Assembly (NCBI GenBank): GCA_963783375.1
Contig: CAWANH010000029.1
Coordinates: 512,001 to 576,000 of the forward strand
Origin: Candidatus Eiseniibacteriota bacterium
Lineage (GTDB): Bacteria; Eisenbacteria; RBG-16-71-46; JABDJR01
Direction of reading: 5' to 3'
DNA length: 64,000 bases
The position numbers were made by a program, and so were the translations under genes. This document shows positions 30,432-40,619 of the stretch, piece after piece (positions within the stretch are counted from its first letter, which is position 1; each line of letters opens with the position of its first letter). The notes under the pieces are model-generated. The model was not told the origin of the DNA. It worked only from the letters and a program-made list of their open reading frames with translations, and ran no database searches.

Positions 30432-30549
30432 TCCCGTAACCTCCTGTTTCGGCTCCCCGGGGACCCCGGCGCCTCACGGCGAGGGCGCTTCCCGAGAGAG
30501 TTCATGATTCCTGCGGGCCGGGGTTTCCGGTCCGTCCTCCGCACCCAAA

Positions 30550-30740
30550 GGAAAAGCGGAGCGCGCCTGGTGGCGTCCGCTCCGCTCGTGCCGTCCAACG
30601 TCGGCCTCTCCGCGCCGGAGAGAACCTCCCCGTTCCGCGGGACCGTGGTCGGCCAGAAGCGCCCCCTGAGGGGAACCCGGCGAGCAGGCGGTCCGGAGGC
30701 GCCGGACCCGCTGCGGGTGAGAAGCAAACGCCTCTACTTG
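30550..30740 (-). promoter_or_regulatory. Ribosomal protein L20 leader (attenuator-type)
   Basis: Starts AAGTAGAGGCGTTTGCTTCTCACC; terminator GCGGAGCG..CGCTCCGC-TTTT at 30552-30586; GGCGTTTGCTTC can alternatively pair with GGAGCGGACGCC. Confidence 0.7.
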
Positions 30741-30755
30741 CGCAAGCCCTATATC

Positions 30756-32669
30756 CTATTGGCGGGCCTTGATCTCGGCAAGGACTTTTTGGAGGAACAC
30801 CCCCCGGTCCAGGGCTCCCAGGTCCCCCTCCCCGTGCCGGCGGACGGACACCGTCCCCGCTTCGGCATCCCGGCGGCCCACCACCAGCATGTAGGGGACC
30901 TTGAGGAGCTCGGCATCCCGGATCTTGGGGCCGATCTTCTCGTTACGCTCGTCGACCTCCACCCGCACCCCGGCTTCGGCCAGCTCCTCCCGCACCGATT
31001 CGGCGTACTCGAGGTTCTGCCGGCTGATCGGGAGCACCTTGACCTGGGTGGGGGCCAGCCAGACCGGGAAGTCCCCGGCGTAGTGCTCGATGAGGACCCC
31101 GAAGAACCGCTCGATCGACCCCAGCAAGGCCCGGTGGATCATGTAGGGGCGGTGCTTCTCCCCGTCGTCCCCGATGTAGGTCATGTCGAACCGCTCGGGC
31201 TCGTTGAAATCGAACTGGATGGTGCTGCACTGCCAGGACCGGCCGATGGCGTCCTGGATCTTGATGTCGATCTTGGGGCCGTAGAAGGCTCCCCCCCCCT
31301 CGTCCAGATCGAAGGGGAGGCCGGTGGCCGTCAGGGCCTTCCGGAGGGAGGCCTCGGCCGCCTCCCAGCGCGCGGGCTCCCCCACCGCCTTCTCCGGACG
31401 GGTGGAGAGGTAGAGATCGAACTCGGTGAAGCCGAAAGCCCGGAGCATGTCCAGGCAGAATCGCAGCACCCGGTCGATCTCCTCATCCATCTGATCCGGT
31501 CGGACGAAGAGGTGGGCGTCGTCCTGGGTGAAGCCCCGCACCCGCATGAGGCCGTGGAGCACACCCGGCATCTCGTAGCGGTAGACCGTTCCCAGCTCCG
31601 CCCAGCGCATGGGGAACTCCCGGTAGGAGTGGAGCGAGTTCTGGTACATCTTGATGTGGAACGGGCAGTTCATCGGCTTGACGTAGAACTCCTGCTCGTC
31701 CATCTCCATGGGCGGGTACATGAACTCCCGGTAGAAGCCCAGGTGTCCCGAGACCTCCCACAGGCTCGAGCGGCCTACGTGAGGGGAGTAGACGATCTCG
31801 TAGCCGTTCCGGACGTGCTGCTCCCGCCAGTAGTCCTCGATCACCATGCGGACGCGCCCGCCGCGGGGATGCCAGAACACCAGGCCGCCCCCCACATCCT
31901 CGTGGAGGGAGAACAGGTCCAGTTCCTTCCCCAGCCGCCGGTGGTCACGCTTCTTGGCCTCCTCCAGGCGATGGAGATAGGCCTCGAGCTGCTCCTTGGT
32001 GTACCAGGAGGTGCCGTAGATCCTCTGGAGACGATCCCGCTCGGAGTCGCCCCGCCAGTACGAGCCGGCCACCGAGAGAAGCTTGAAGGCATGGAGCCGT
32101 CCGGTGGAGGGGAGATGGGGGCCGGTGCAGAGGTCCACGAAGTCGCCGTGCTGATAGATCGAGACCTCGGGGTCCTTGATACCGTCCAGGATCTCAACCT
32201 TGAACCGGTCGCCCCGCTTCCGGAACTCGCGGACCGCCTTCTCCTTCTTCACCATGGTCTTGGTGAAGGGGAGGTCCCGGTCCACGATCTCCTGCATCTT
32301 GGCCTCGATGGCCCGGAGGTCGTCCTCGGCGAAGGGGCGTTCGGTCTCGAAGTCGTAGAAGAAGCCGTCCTCGATGGCGGGTCCGATGGCGTACTTGGTC
32401 CCCGGGAAGAGATCCTCGACCGCCGAGGCCATGATGTGGGCCGAACTGTGACGGTAGAGGTCGCGGCCTGCGGGGTCGTCGAAATCCACCGGCTTCACCT
32501 CGGCCCCTTCCGCCGCCGGTTCGTACAGGCCCGTGAGGACCCCGTCGACCTTGACCGCGTAGACGTCGGGCGAGGCGCCGGCCTCTCGCACGACATCCCC
32601 GTAGGTGGCGCCGTCGGCGAGATCCATCTCGCGTTTCCCGTCCGGCATGAGCACGGTGACCTTGGGCAT
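30756..32669 (-). CDS. thrS: Threonine-tRNA ligase
   Basis: RHSSAH, DLCTGPH, RDHRRLG, KPMNCP, GLMRVRGFTQDDAH, AFYGPKID. Confidence 0.97.
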   Translation of the reverse strand: MPKVTVLMPDGKREMDLADGATYGDVVREAGASPDVYAVKVDGVLTGLYEPAAEGAEVKPVDFDDPAGRDLYRHSSAHIMASAVEDLFPGTKYAIGPAIEDGFFYDFETERPFAEDDLRAIEAKMQEIVDRDLPFTKTMVKKEKAVREFRKRGDRFKVEILDGIKDPEVSIYQHGDFVDLCTGPHLPSTGRLHAFKLLSVAGSYWRGDSERDRLQRIYGTSWYTKEQLEAYLHRLEEAKKRDHRRLGKELDLFSLHEDVGGGLVFWHPRGGRVRMVIEDYWREQHVRNGYEIVYSPHVGRSSLWEVSGHLGFYREFMYPPMEMDEQEFYVKPMNCPFHIKMYQNSLHSYREFPMRWAELGTVYRYEMPGVLHGLMRVRGFTQDDAHLFVRPDQMDEEIDRVLRFCLDMLRAFGFTEFDLYLSTRPEKAVGEPARWEAAEASLRKALTATGLPFDLDEGGGAFYGPKIDIKIQDAIGRSWQCSTIQFDFNEPERFDMTYIGDDGEKHRPYMIHRALLGSIERFFGVLIEHYAGDFPVWLAPTQVKVLPISRQNLEYAESVREELAEAGVRVEVDERNEKIGPKIRDAELLKVPYMLVVGRRDAEAGTVSVRRHGEGDLGALDRGVFLQKVLAEIKARQ

Positions 32670-32835
32670 GGCCGTCTTCCTCCCGGGGCTCGCGACCCGG
32701 CCGGGGCGAAGGGCCGCGGGCGGGCCGGAAACAGAGACGCAGGCCGGGGGCCTGCGTGCGTCCTGCTCCGAGTGTAGGTTCGGGGTCAGGGGTCAGCGGC
32801 GGAGGCGGACCCCGCGCCCCCCCCTCGAACTGACC

Positions 32836-32912
32836 TGGTGGGCGATACTGGATTCGAACCAGTGACCTCTTGCATGTCAAGCAAGCACTCTAACCAACTG
32901 AGCTAATCGCCC
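32836..32912 (-). tRNA. tRNA-Val(GAC)
   Basis: GGGCGATTAGCTCAG, CTTGC-TTGACAT-GCAAG, GGTTCGAATCC, CCA. Confidence 0.97.
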
Positions 32913-32930
32913 TTGAAAGCAAGGCCGGGA

Positions 32931-32958
32931 AGGATACCAGAGCGCCGGAAGGTGTCAA
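32931..32958 (-). promoter_or_regulatory. Putative sigma70 promoter for tRNA-Val/thrS
   Basis: TTGACA-16 nt-TATCCT with an extended -10 TG. Confidence 0.6.
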
Positions 32959-32980
32959 GGGAGCCGGGGCCGGACCCTAT

Positions 32981-33280
32981 CTACCACTCCTCCTCTTCCT
33001 CTTCTTCCTCCTCGTCCTCGTCCTCATCGTAGTCGTCGTCGGAGTCGTCCCAGTCCTCGTCATCGTCGTCGTCGTCATCGTCGTCGTCGTCTTCCTCGTC
33101 CTCATCTTCCTCTTCGTCTTCGAACAGCTCCTCGTCGTCCTCTTCGTCGATCATATACACCTCGTCGCTCCCGCATTCGGGGCAGTAGCGGATGACCTCG
33201 TCCGGATTCTCTTCGCTGACCTCTTTCTCGAAGGTGGTTCCGTCCTCGTCCGTGTACCCGCAGTTGTCACACTGCCACAT
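32981..33280 (-). CDS. Small zinc-ribbon protein (CxxC...CxxC) with a very acidic tail
   Basis: MWQCDNCG...YCPECGS followed by a 55-residue D/E tract; purine-rich RBS upstream. Confidence 0.75.
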   Translation of the reverse strand: MWQCDNCGYTDEDGTTFEKEVSEENPDEVIRYCPECGSDEVYMIDEEDDEELFEDEEEDEDEEDDDDDDDDDDDEDWDDSDDDYDEDEDEEEEEEEEEW

Positions 33281-33563
33281 GCTCTCTCCCTCCCGGTCTG
33301 GCCGATGGCCTGAACCCCCACCGGAGCACATGAGGGTACTACAGACGCCCCGCGACGATTCCAGCACTTTCTCACTGGCATCCGGCGGCGCGGCGGCTGG
33401 GCAGCCCGGTCGGGCTCGGGGGGGCGGCATCGCGCATAATTGTATATGTCACAAATACTTGTGGCTTCGACTCTCTCTCCCGCCAGGGGGACCGGTCCCC
33501 CCTCTACATCTCCCCCCACCGGACGGGAGACCGTCTCGCCTCGCCTCGCGCGGCACCTTTGAG

Positions 33564-33640
33564 TGGTGCCCCCGGGGTGACTCGAACACCCGGCACGCGG
33601 TTTAGGAAACCGCTGCTCTATCCACCTGAGCTACGGGGGC
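33564..33640 (-). tRNA. tRNA-Arg(CCT)
   Basis: GCCCCCGTAGCTCAG, GCGGT-TTCCTAA-ACCGC, GTTCGAGTC, CCA. Confidence 0.95.
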
Positions 33641-33711
33641 CAAGTCGTAACCAACGGTATGGCAATGGAATCAAGGATGCTAGCAGAGCGGAAGAAAGCC
33701 CAGCAAGGCGG

Positions 33712-33755
33712 AAACGGGAGGGGGGAGCACCGACGCCCCGGCGCTCCCCCCCCCG
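33712..33755 (-). terminator. Putative intrinsic terminator
   Basis: Long GC hairpin (GGGGGGAGCGCCG / CGGTGCTCCCCCC) followed by TTT, just after the 33766 stop. Confidence 0.45.
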
Positions 33756-33765
33756 AATCCATGCG

Positions 33766-35031
33766 TCAGGCCGTGGTCGTGTTGGCCAGATAGAGCTTTC
33801 GCAGTTGGATCCCGTCCAGTTCGAAGATCCCGATCTCGTGGGTGATCTGGCGCCGCCCCGGCTTGCCCGACTGGGTCCATGGGAAGACCTCCTCCAGGGT
33901 TCCGAACCAGGTCGCCCGCCGGCGGTTGAGGATCAGCTTCCGGTCGGTGGGGAGCTTTCCGGCGGCGGCGAGGTCGAGCGTCGCCGGGTCCACCGCCAGG
34001 TCCTCGATGAGCGCGCTCAGGGCCGGGTCCTTGGGAGGACTCAGTGCGAGAGAGAATCCCTCCCCGCGGAGTTGATACCCCCCTTCGATCTTCACCACGA
34101 AGGCGCCCACCGCCACCCGCTCCACCCCCTTGAACGTCTTGTCCCGGTCGTAGCGGATGCCGCTCCCGTCCATGTAGCCCACACCCCCCGGGTCCGCGGT
34201 GGTCGGAGGAGCGCTCCCCGCGACCACCGGCAGGATGTCCATGTCCAGGTTCACGTCCGGAGTGGCCTGGGCGTCGCGAAGGATCCGATCCACGTGGTAT
34301 CGGTGACCCTCGGTGCGGGAAAGATCGATCTGGAAGGTGACGGCGGCCGCGCCCCGCTCCCCCTTCACCAGATCCTCGAGCGAGTTCTCGTGGAGCCCGG
34401 GAATCCGGATGTAGGCATGATCCACCACCGCGCCCTTCCCCTCCCAATGAGGCCAGCCCACCACGGTCACCGACACGTAGCGGGAATCGTCGGGGTTCAG
34501 CAGCTTCCCGAACGCGCTCTGCGCCGGAGCCGGGCGGGCCGCGCGTTCCATGACCGCCCCGAAGTCCGGGACGGCTCCGTATCCGCGGTTGAGGTGGTCG
34601 TGGATGATCGCTCCCATCGCGATCAGGACGGCCAGAACCCCGGCGAAAGCCAGGGGCAGAACAACCTTCATCTTCGGGGACGGAGTCAGGCCGTGCTGGT
34701 GGAGGACGGAGATCGTGGACAGATCCTCCCCCGCCGGGGTCGCGTCGCGGGTCTTGGCCGACGAGGCGTCCGCGTGGGTTCCAAGATCCTCCACCTCGAC
34801 CGGATGGTAGCCGAGCCCCTCGGCCTTCTCCCTCAAGGCGGCCAGGGCCTCCGGGGCCAGGGGTGGGGTGCGGATCGCGGTATAGAGGAAGTTGACCGGC
34901 TCGAACGCCCCGAGGCCCAGCTCATCGGCCAGACGGCCCGCTTCGCTCTCCCCCCGGGTGAGCCCGCTGATTTCCACCGTCCCCTTCCGGTCGACCCGAA
35001 CTTCCAGCGTGTGGGCATGCGTGGTCGTCAT
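33766..35031 (-). CDS. Hypothetical bitopic membrane protein
   Basis: GGAG RBS before ATG 35031; one TM (VVLPLAFAGVLAVLIAMGAII); coding-like codon usage. Confidence 0.65.
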   Translation of the reverse strand: MTTTHAHTLEVRVDRKGTVEISGLTRGESEAGRLADELGLGAFEPVNFLYTAIRTPPLAPEALAALREKAEGLGYHPVEVEDLGTHADASSAKTRDATPAGEDLSTISVLHQHGLTPSPKMKVVLPLAFAGVLAVLIAMGAIIHDHLNRGYGAVPDFGAVMERAARPAPAQSAFGKLLNPDDSRYVSVTVVGWPHWEGKGAVVDHAYIRIPGLHENSLEDLVKGERGAAAVTFQIDLSRTEGHRYHVDRILRDAQATPDVNLDMDILPVVAGSAPPTTADPGGVGYMDGSGIRYDRDKTFKGVERVAVGAFVVKIEGGYQLRGEGFSLALSPPKDPALSALIEDLAVDPATLDLAAAGKLPTDRKLILNRRRATWFGTLEEVFPWTQSGKPGRRQITHEIGIFELDGIQLRKLYLANTTTA

Positions 35032-35326
35032 CTTCAGAACTCCCTTCTGAATCCGAAGCCGGGCGCGATCTCCGCCCGCATGCGTGGAGCACCTCGATCC
35101 AAACATCCCACCTCCCCACCCCCGGGAGCCCCCCAAAATGTGGAAATGACATATGCCGGGAAGCGGGAACCCCCGCGGGGGAGCGCTTGACACTCCCTCG
35201 AAACTACCGGATCATGAACGGCTTACAGGCTCCGCGAGGGGTTCGGGCAGCCGCCCGGGCCGGTTGCGGAACCGAATCGGGTTCCTCCCGAGGCTCGTCC
35301 GTCATTCCGTCACCCAACCAACCGAC

Positions 35327-36803
35327 TTGAGCCAGACCAACTCCCAGTTCCTTCGCGGACTTCTCACCCTCACCCTGAGCCGCTATTTCGTCCGGGCCCT
35401 GAGCCTCGTCAAGGGGCTGGTGGTGGCGCGGGTCCTGGGGCCGAACCTCTACGGGGTGATGGGCCTGCTGGCGGTGTTCCTCGGCTACAGCGCCTACGCC
35501 GACCTGGGGATCTTCGGGGGGCTCACCAAGGAAGTCCCGGTCCACCTGGCCCGCAAGGAGGACGACAAGGTCCGGGAGGCCGAGGGCGCGGGCTTCACCT
35601 CGGTGACCCTCTTCACCCTCGTCTTCTCCCTGGTGGTGATGGCTGGCGCTGTGGGGAAGGACGCCGGACATCACGCGGGCGCTTCCCGCGCTGGTCTTCG
35701 CCATGACCTCCCAGCAGGTCTTCAAGTACTGCACGGTGCTGCTCCGGGCCCGAAGCCGGTTCTCGGAGACCGCGGTGGCCTGGAGCGCGCTCCAGGTCCT
35801 GGACATGGGGCTCGAGCTGGCGCTGGTCTTCCCCCTCCACATCACCGGCGTCTTCCTGGGCCAGGGTCTGGCGTTTCTCGCCGCCTCGGCCTTCATCCTC
35901 GCCCGGAACGGGCTGTTTCCCCGCATCCACCTGAACTTCCGCATCTCCGGACGCCTGGTGGCCGCCGGCATTCCCCTGGTGGTCTCCACCCTGACCTTCC
36001 TGCTGCTTCAGACCGTGGACCGGTTCCTCATCGCGGGCTACCTCGACACCACCGCGCTCGGCCACTACATGATCGGGGTGTTCTGCGCCAACCTCATCTA
36101 CTTCATTCCGGAGAGCCTCGGCTACGTGCTGTTTCCGAACTTCCGCGAACGATTGGCCGGCCTGGCCCACGGGGAGCTTCCGCCGGTGCGCTACATCGAG
36201 CTCCCCACCCGGATGCTTTCCTACGTGCTTCCCCCCTTCACCGCGATGGTGTTCCTGGGCATCCCGGTGATCGGGCTCCTCCTCCCCGCCTACGTTCCCG
36301 GGCTGAACAGCGCGCGGATCCTGGTTCTGGGCACCTTCTTCCTGTCCCTGGTGACCAGCGTCACCAGCTTCCTGATCGCCGCCGACCGTCACTGGAAGCT
36401 CATGGCGGTCCAGGCCGGCGCGGTGGTCGCTGGATCTGGCCTGAACATCATCGCGCTCAAGACAGGGCGACGGAATCGAGGGGGTAGCCCTGGCCACCGC
36501 GATCAGCTACGTGTTCTACGCCACCGGCTTCGCTCTGGCTCTCCTATCGCTACCTCCGCTTCTCGCTGCTCCGAAGCCACCCCGAAACTCCTGCGCCTCT
36601 ACGCGCCCTACCTGTACGTGCTGGCCGCTTGCCTCCTGGTCGTCGGCTGGTATCCCCTGGGGTCGGGGGCGGTGCTGGGCACGGTGCTCCTCCGGGAGGC
36701 GCTGTTCCTGACCGCGCTCCTTCCCGGTGTATGGCTGTTGCAACGCACCACCGGCGCGGTGAGCGAGGTGGTGGGGATGATCCGGAAGGCAATCCAGGCA
36801 TGA
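35327..36803 (+). CDS. Wzx/MOP-family oligosaccharide flippase (about 4 apparent frameshifts)
   Basis: ARVLGPNLYG, DLGIFGGL, TVDRFLIAGYLDTTALGHYMIG, VLFP; shifts near 35641, 36468, 36539, 36568; start uncertain. Confidence 0.8.
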
Positions 36804-38004
36804 GCGGCCCGCGCGTGCTCATGGTGATCCAGCGCTTCCGGCCCGACCTTCACCGGGCACGGAATCCAGATCGAGAACCTGGGGCGGGAGCTGGCGCGCG
36901 CGGGGGGCCCGGGTGGAGATCGTGACCCGGCGGGTCCCGGGGACCCCCGAGTTCGAGGACGGGCCGGTCCCGGTGCGGCGCTTTCCCATGGCCCCGACCA
37001 GGAACCCCGTCCTGCTCTGGTGGGGGCACCGCGAACTCATCCGCTACATCGAGCGAAGCGGCGACCGGTTCGACGTTCTCCACATCCACGGCTTTCCCCC
37101 CGGCCTCGGCCTCATGCTGCGGGCGGGCCGCCGGGCGGGTCTCCGGACCGTGGTGACCTCCACCCTGCTCGGCGCGGACGATCCGCTCACCGTGAAGCGG
37201 AAGGGGCGGCTGGCCGGCGTGGCGCTTCCGCGCCTACTCCGGGCCGACCGCTTCATCGCCATCTGCCCCGCCCTGACCGACCTCTATCCCCGGGCCGGGA
37301 TCCCGGCGGACGAAGGTGGAGGAGATTCCCGTCGGGGTCTCGGTGGAGCGGTTCCACCCCCCGGCCGATCGCGAGGCGGCGGCCGGAGGCGCTGGGCTGG
37401 CCCCGGGACGTTCCCCGCGCCCTCTTCGTGGGAGGGATTCTCCGCCGGAAGGGGGTGGACGTGCTCCTCTCCGCCTGGGAGGAGGTCGTGCGCGCCCTCC
37501 CCGAGGCCCGGCTGTACCTCGCCGGCCCCACCGACTTCGGGGCCGGGCCCCCTCCGGGAACCGCGGAGTTCGCCGCGGCGTGCCGGGAGCGGGCCGCGCG
37601 CCCCCCGCTCGCCGGGCGGGTGCACTTCCTGGAGGCCCGCGACGACACCGCCCCGCTCTATCGCGCCGCCCACCAGTTCGTCTTCGCGTCCCGCAAGGAG
37701 GGATTTCCCAACGTGCTCCTGGAGGCCCTGGCTTCGGGAACGCCCTGCGTCGCCGCCCGGATCCCCGGCTCCACCGACGTGAGCGTCCGGGACGGCGAGA
37801 CCGGCTACGTGGTGCCCCAGGAGGACCCCCACGCCCTGGCCGACCGCGTGGTCGCGCTCTTCCGCGACGAGGCCGCCCGCCGGCGGATGGGAGCGCGCCG
37901 CCCGGGCCGACGCCGAGGCCCGCTTCGCCTTCCCCGCGGTGGCCGAGGCGCACTTGAACCTCTACCGCGAGCTCCTGCGCCCCCGGCGGACCGGGAGAGC
38001 GATG
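36800..38004 (+). CDS. Glycosyltransferase family 4 (several apparent frameshifts)
   Basis: MSGPRVLMVI, DVLHIHG, LFVGGILRRKGVDVLL, SRKEGFPNVLLEALASG; shifts near 36848, 36905, 37312, 37381, 37899; end approximate. Confidence 0.8.
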
Positions 38005-40563
38005 ATGTCCCCCGCCGACTCTCTCGGCACTCCTCATCCCGGGAGGCGGCGGCATCGGCTTTCTCCTGGCCGCGGTCCTCTGGCTCCTTCCCGGCGCCTT
38101 CCTCGCCCGGATCCTCGGCCGGGGAGGGCGGGAGGATCCGGTGCGGTTCCTGGCCGCCACGGTCGGGCTGGCGCTGGCGGTCAGCACGCTCGCCGCCTAC
38201 GTCTGCGCCCTGGCCGGCTTCCCCGCCGCGCGCTTCGACCTCGTGCTGCTCGGCCTCGGGATCGTCGCCCTGGCCGCCCTGGTGCTCCACGTCCGGACGC
38301 GGCCGGGGCCGACCGACGCCCCCGGTTTCGAGGACCCCGGATGGCGAACCCTGGGATGCCGCCGGACTCCTCTCGGTGGTGCTCCTCATCGCGGCGGGAG
38401 CCTGGATCGGGGCCACGCTTCGCACCTCCACCGACGCTCCCGACCACGTGGGCACCCTCCGGGAGATCCTCGCCAGCGGGCGGTTCTTCCCCACCGAGGC
38501 CTTCCACCTGGGCGCCGGCCACCTGGGCTTCGATCCGCGGAAAGGCCTGCTGAGCCCCATCTACGCCGCCATGGCCGACCTGGCCGGGATGAACCCGGTG
38601 GACTTCTGGCGGCTCCTTCCCGCCCTCACCGCCGCCTTCCCCTTCCTGGCCGGCTACGGCTTCCTCCGGGGGGCCGGCTTCACCCGGGGCTGGTCCCTGG
38701 CTGCGGGGTGGATCCTGGTGCTCTCCTGGAACGGCGGTCCCGGCGGGAACGGCATCACGATCTCGGCCTATCCGAACCAGGTGGGGGGAACCGTGTTCTG
38801 GATGGCCACCGGGGCCTCGCTGGCCGCGCTCCGATCCCCGGGCCCGGCGCGCCTCGTCATGGCCGCGCTCCTGGCCTGGGCCGCGGTGGCGGTCCATCCC
38901 ATGTACGTGGTCTTCCTGGCCATGTTCTACGGGATCCTGGGATGCTGGGCGCTCTTCGCCGCTCCCGCGCGGGGGCGGGCGATGGCCGCGCTGGCGATCA
39001 TGGGCGCCGGCGCCGGCGTCCTCCTCGGCCCATACCTCCTGTATCGCCTCCAGCAGTACGCCCCGGCCAACCCGATCCACACCGAGATCCAGGGGATGCT
39101 CTTTCTCACCGACCGGCTCTACGTCGCCGATCCCGGACGGCTCTGGGTCCATCTCGGGTGGGCGGGGCTGGTGGGCTATCCCCTGGCCCTGGTCGCCTGC
39201 TTCCGCCGCCGGCGCGAAGGGCTGGTTCCCTTCTACGTCGCCGGCGCGGTCCTGCTCATGGTCTTCCTCACCATGAACCCCCTCCTGGTTCCGATCCTCC
39301 AGAAGAAGCTCACCTACCTGGTGTTCCGGACCTTCTGGCTCCTCCCGCCGGGGTTGGCGGCGGGGCTCGCCCTCCCCCTGCTTCTCTCCGCTCCGTCGCG
39401 CGCCCTGGCCGCGGGTTCCTTCGGGGACGCGTCCGTCGCCGCCCACGACCCCCGCGCAGTCTCCTCCGAGGCCGCGACGCCTCGTTCCCGCGGGCGGACG
39501 ATCTGGGCGGGACTCCTCCTCGCCGCGGTGCTCCTTCCCGCTCTGGTCTCCGCCCCCCGGTGGCCGCTCCGCTCCCCGGCGCGAGACGGGGCGCGGAATC
39601 CCCTCGGGATGCGAAAGGCCCTCGAGGACCTCGATCGGGCCCTCCCGGCGCGATCGGTGATCCTGAGCGACCCCATCACGTCCTACCTGCTCCCCGCCTT
39701 CACCAGCCAGAGGGTGGTGGCCCCCTACGACCAGCACTCCTCCCCCAACGATTCCCTGGCCGTGGCCCGGACCCTGGTGGCCCGGGACGCGCTGAGCCTC
39801 TCGGTTCCGGTCGGGCGAGGCATGGGCGTTGGCCCGGAAGTGGGGTGCAGCCTATCTCGTCGTCAACACAGCGCTTCCAAAGGGGACTTCGACCGGTTTC
39901 TGGAGTTTCGATCGGCGGGCGCTGGAGCGGCGGGAGGCGGAGATGGCCGCCTCGCCCTACTTCCAGTCCGTGTTCGAGGAGCAAGGCCTGGTCGCGTTCC
40001 GCGTGCTCCCCGAGCCCACCCACACCCGCCTCGCCCCCCCGCCGACCCCCGAAACGTTCCCCGCTCCCACCAACGCCGACACCCTCCTCCTCCGCGAGGG
40101 GTTGGCGCTGTTGGCCGTGCGGGCCTCGGCGGACACCATCACCTGCCGGGAACCCCTGCGCATGGTCTTCCTCTGGGCATCGACCGAAGACGACCCCCCT
40201 CCCGAGGCGATCCACGGCGCCCTCCGCCTGGACGCGCTGAACGCCCCCGGCCGCGGCCTCCCGGCGGAGAAGCTGATCCGGAAGCTCGTCGCGACCCTGC
40301 GCGGCGAGCGCTACCGCTACCGGATGGACTGGGTCCCCGGCGGCGGGCGCCTGGCTCCGGACCATTGGCCCCGCGGCCGGGTCCTGGCCGACACCGTGGA
40401 GGTCCACCCGCCCTGCGCGTTGGCCCCCGGGGAGTACGCGGTCACCGTGACCCTGAACCGGCTCCCCAACATGCCCAACACCCGGCTCCGGGATTACCTG
40501 AGCAACCACGATCTCTACTCGGGGCCGGCGGTGGATACGGTGTGGGTGGCGCGGCGGAGGTAA
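38002..40563 (+). CDS. Large polytopic membrane protein, GT-C-like, with C-terminal soluble domains (frameshifted)
   Basis: Assembled from the frames of ORFs 38141, 37020 and 39829; STDAPDHV, many TMs, VILSDPITSYLLPAFT, KWGAAYLVVN, VFEEQGLVAFRV. Confidence 0.6.
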
Positions 40564-40619
40564 TGGCGGGGGTGGATGCACGTCCCCGGGGCGCCGTTCC
40601 GTCCCGGAACTCCTTCGAG

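Noticed and set aside
29592-32777. Long antisense ORFs (also 16934-19549, 59748-62129 and many others)
   Set aside because: These are shadows of high-GC3 genes on the opposite strand, with Arg/Gly/Pro-rich, motif-free translations.
32984-33150. Trinucleotide repeat or CRISPR-like array
   Set aside because: This is the coding sequence of the D/E tail, with no repeat-spacer structure.
33429-33456. dif-like site (GCGCATAATTGTATATGTCACAAAT)
   Set aside because: The left arm resembles the XerC arm, but the XerD arm and spacing do not fit, and gene orientation does not switch here.
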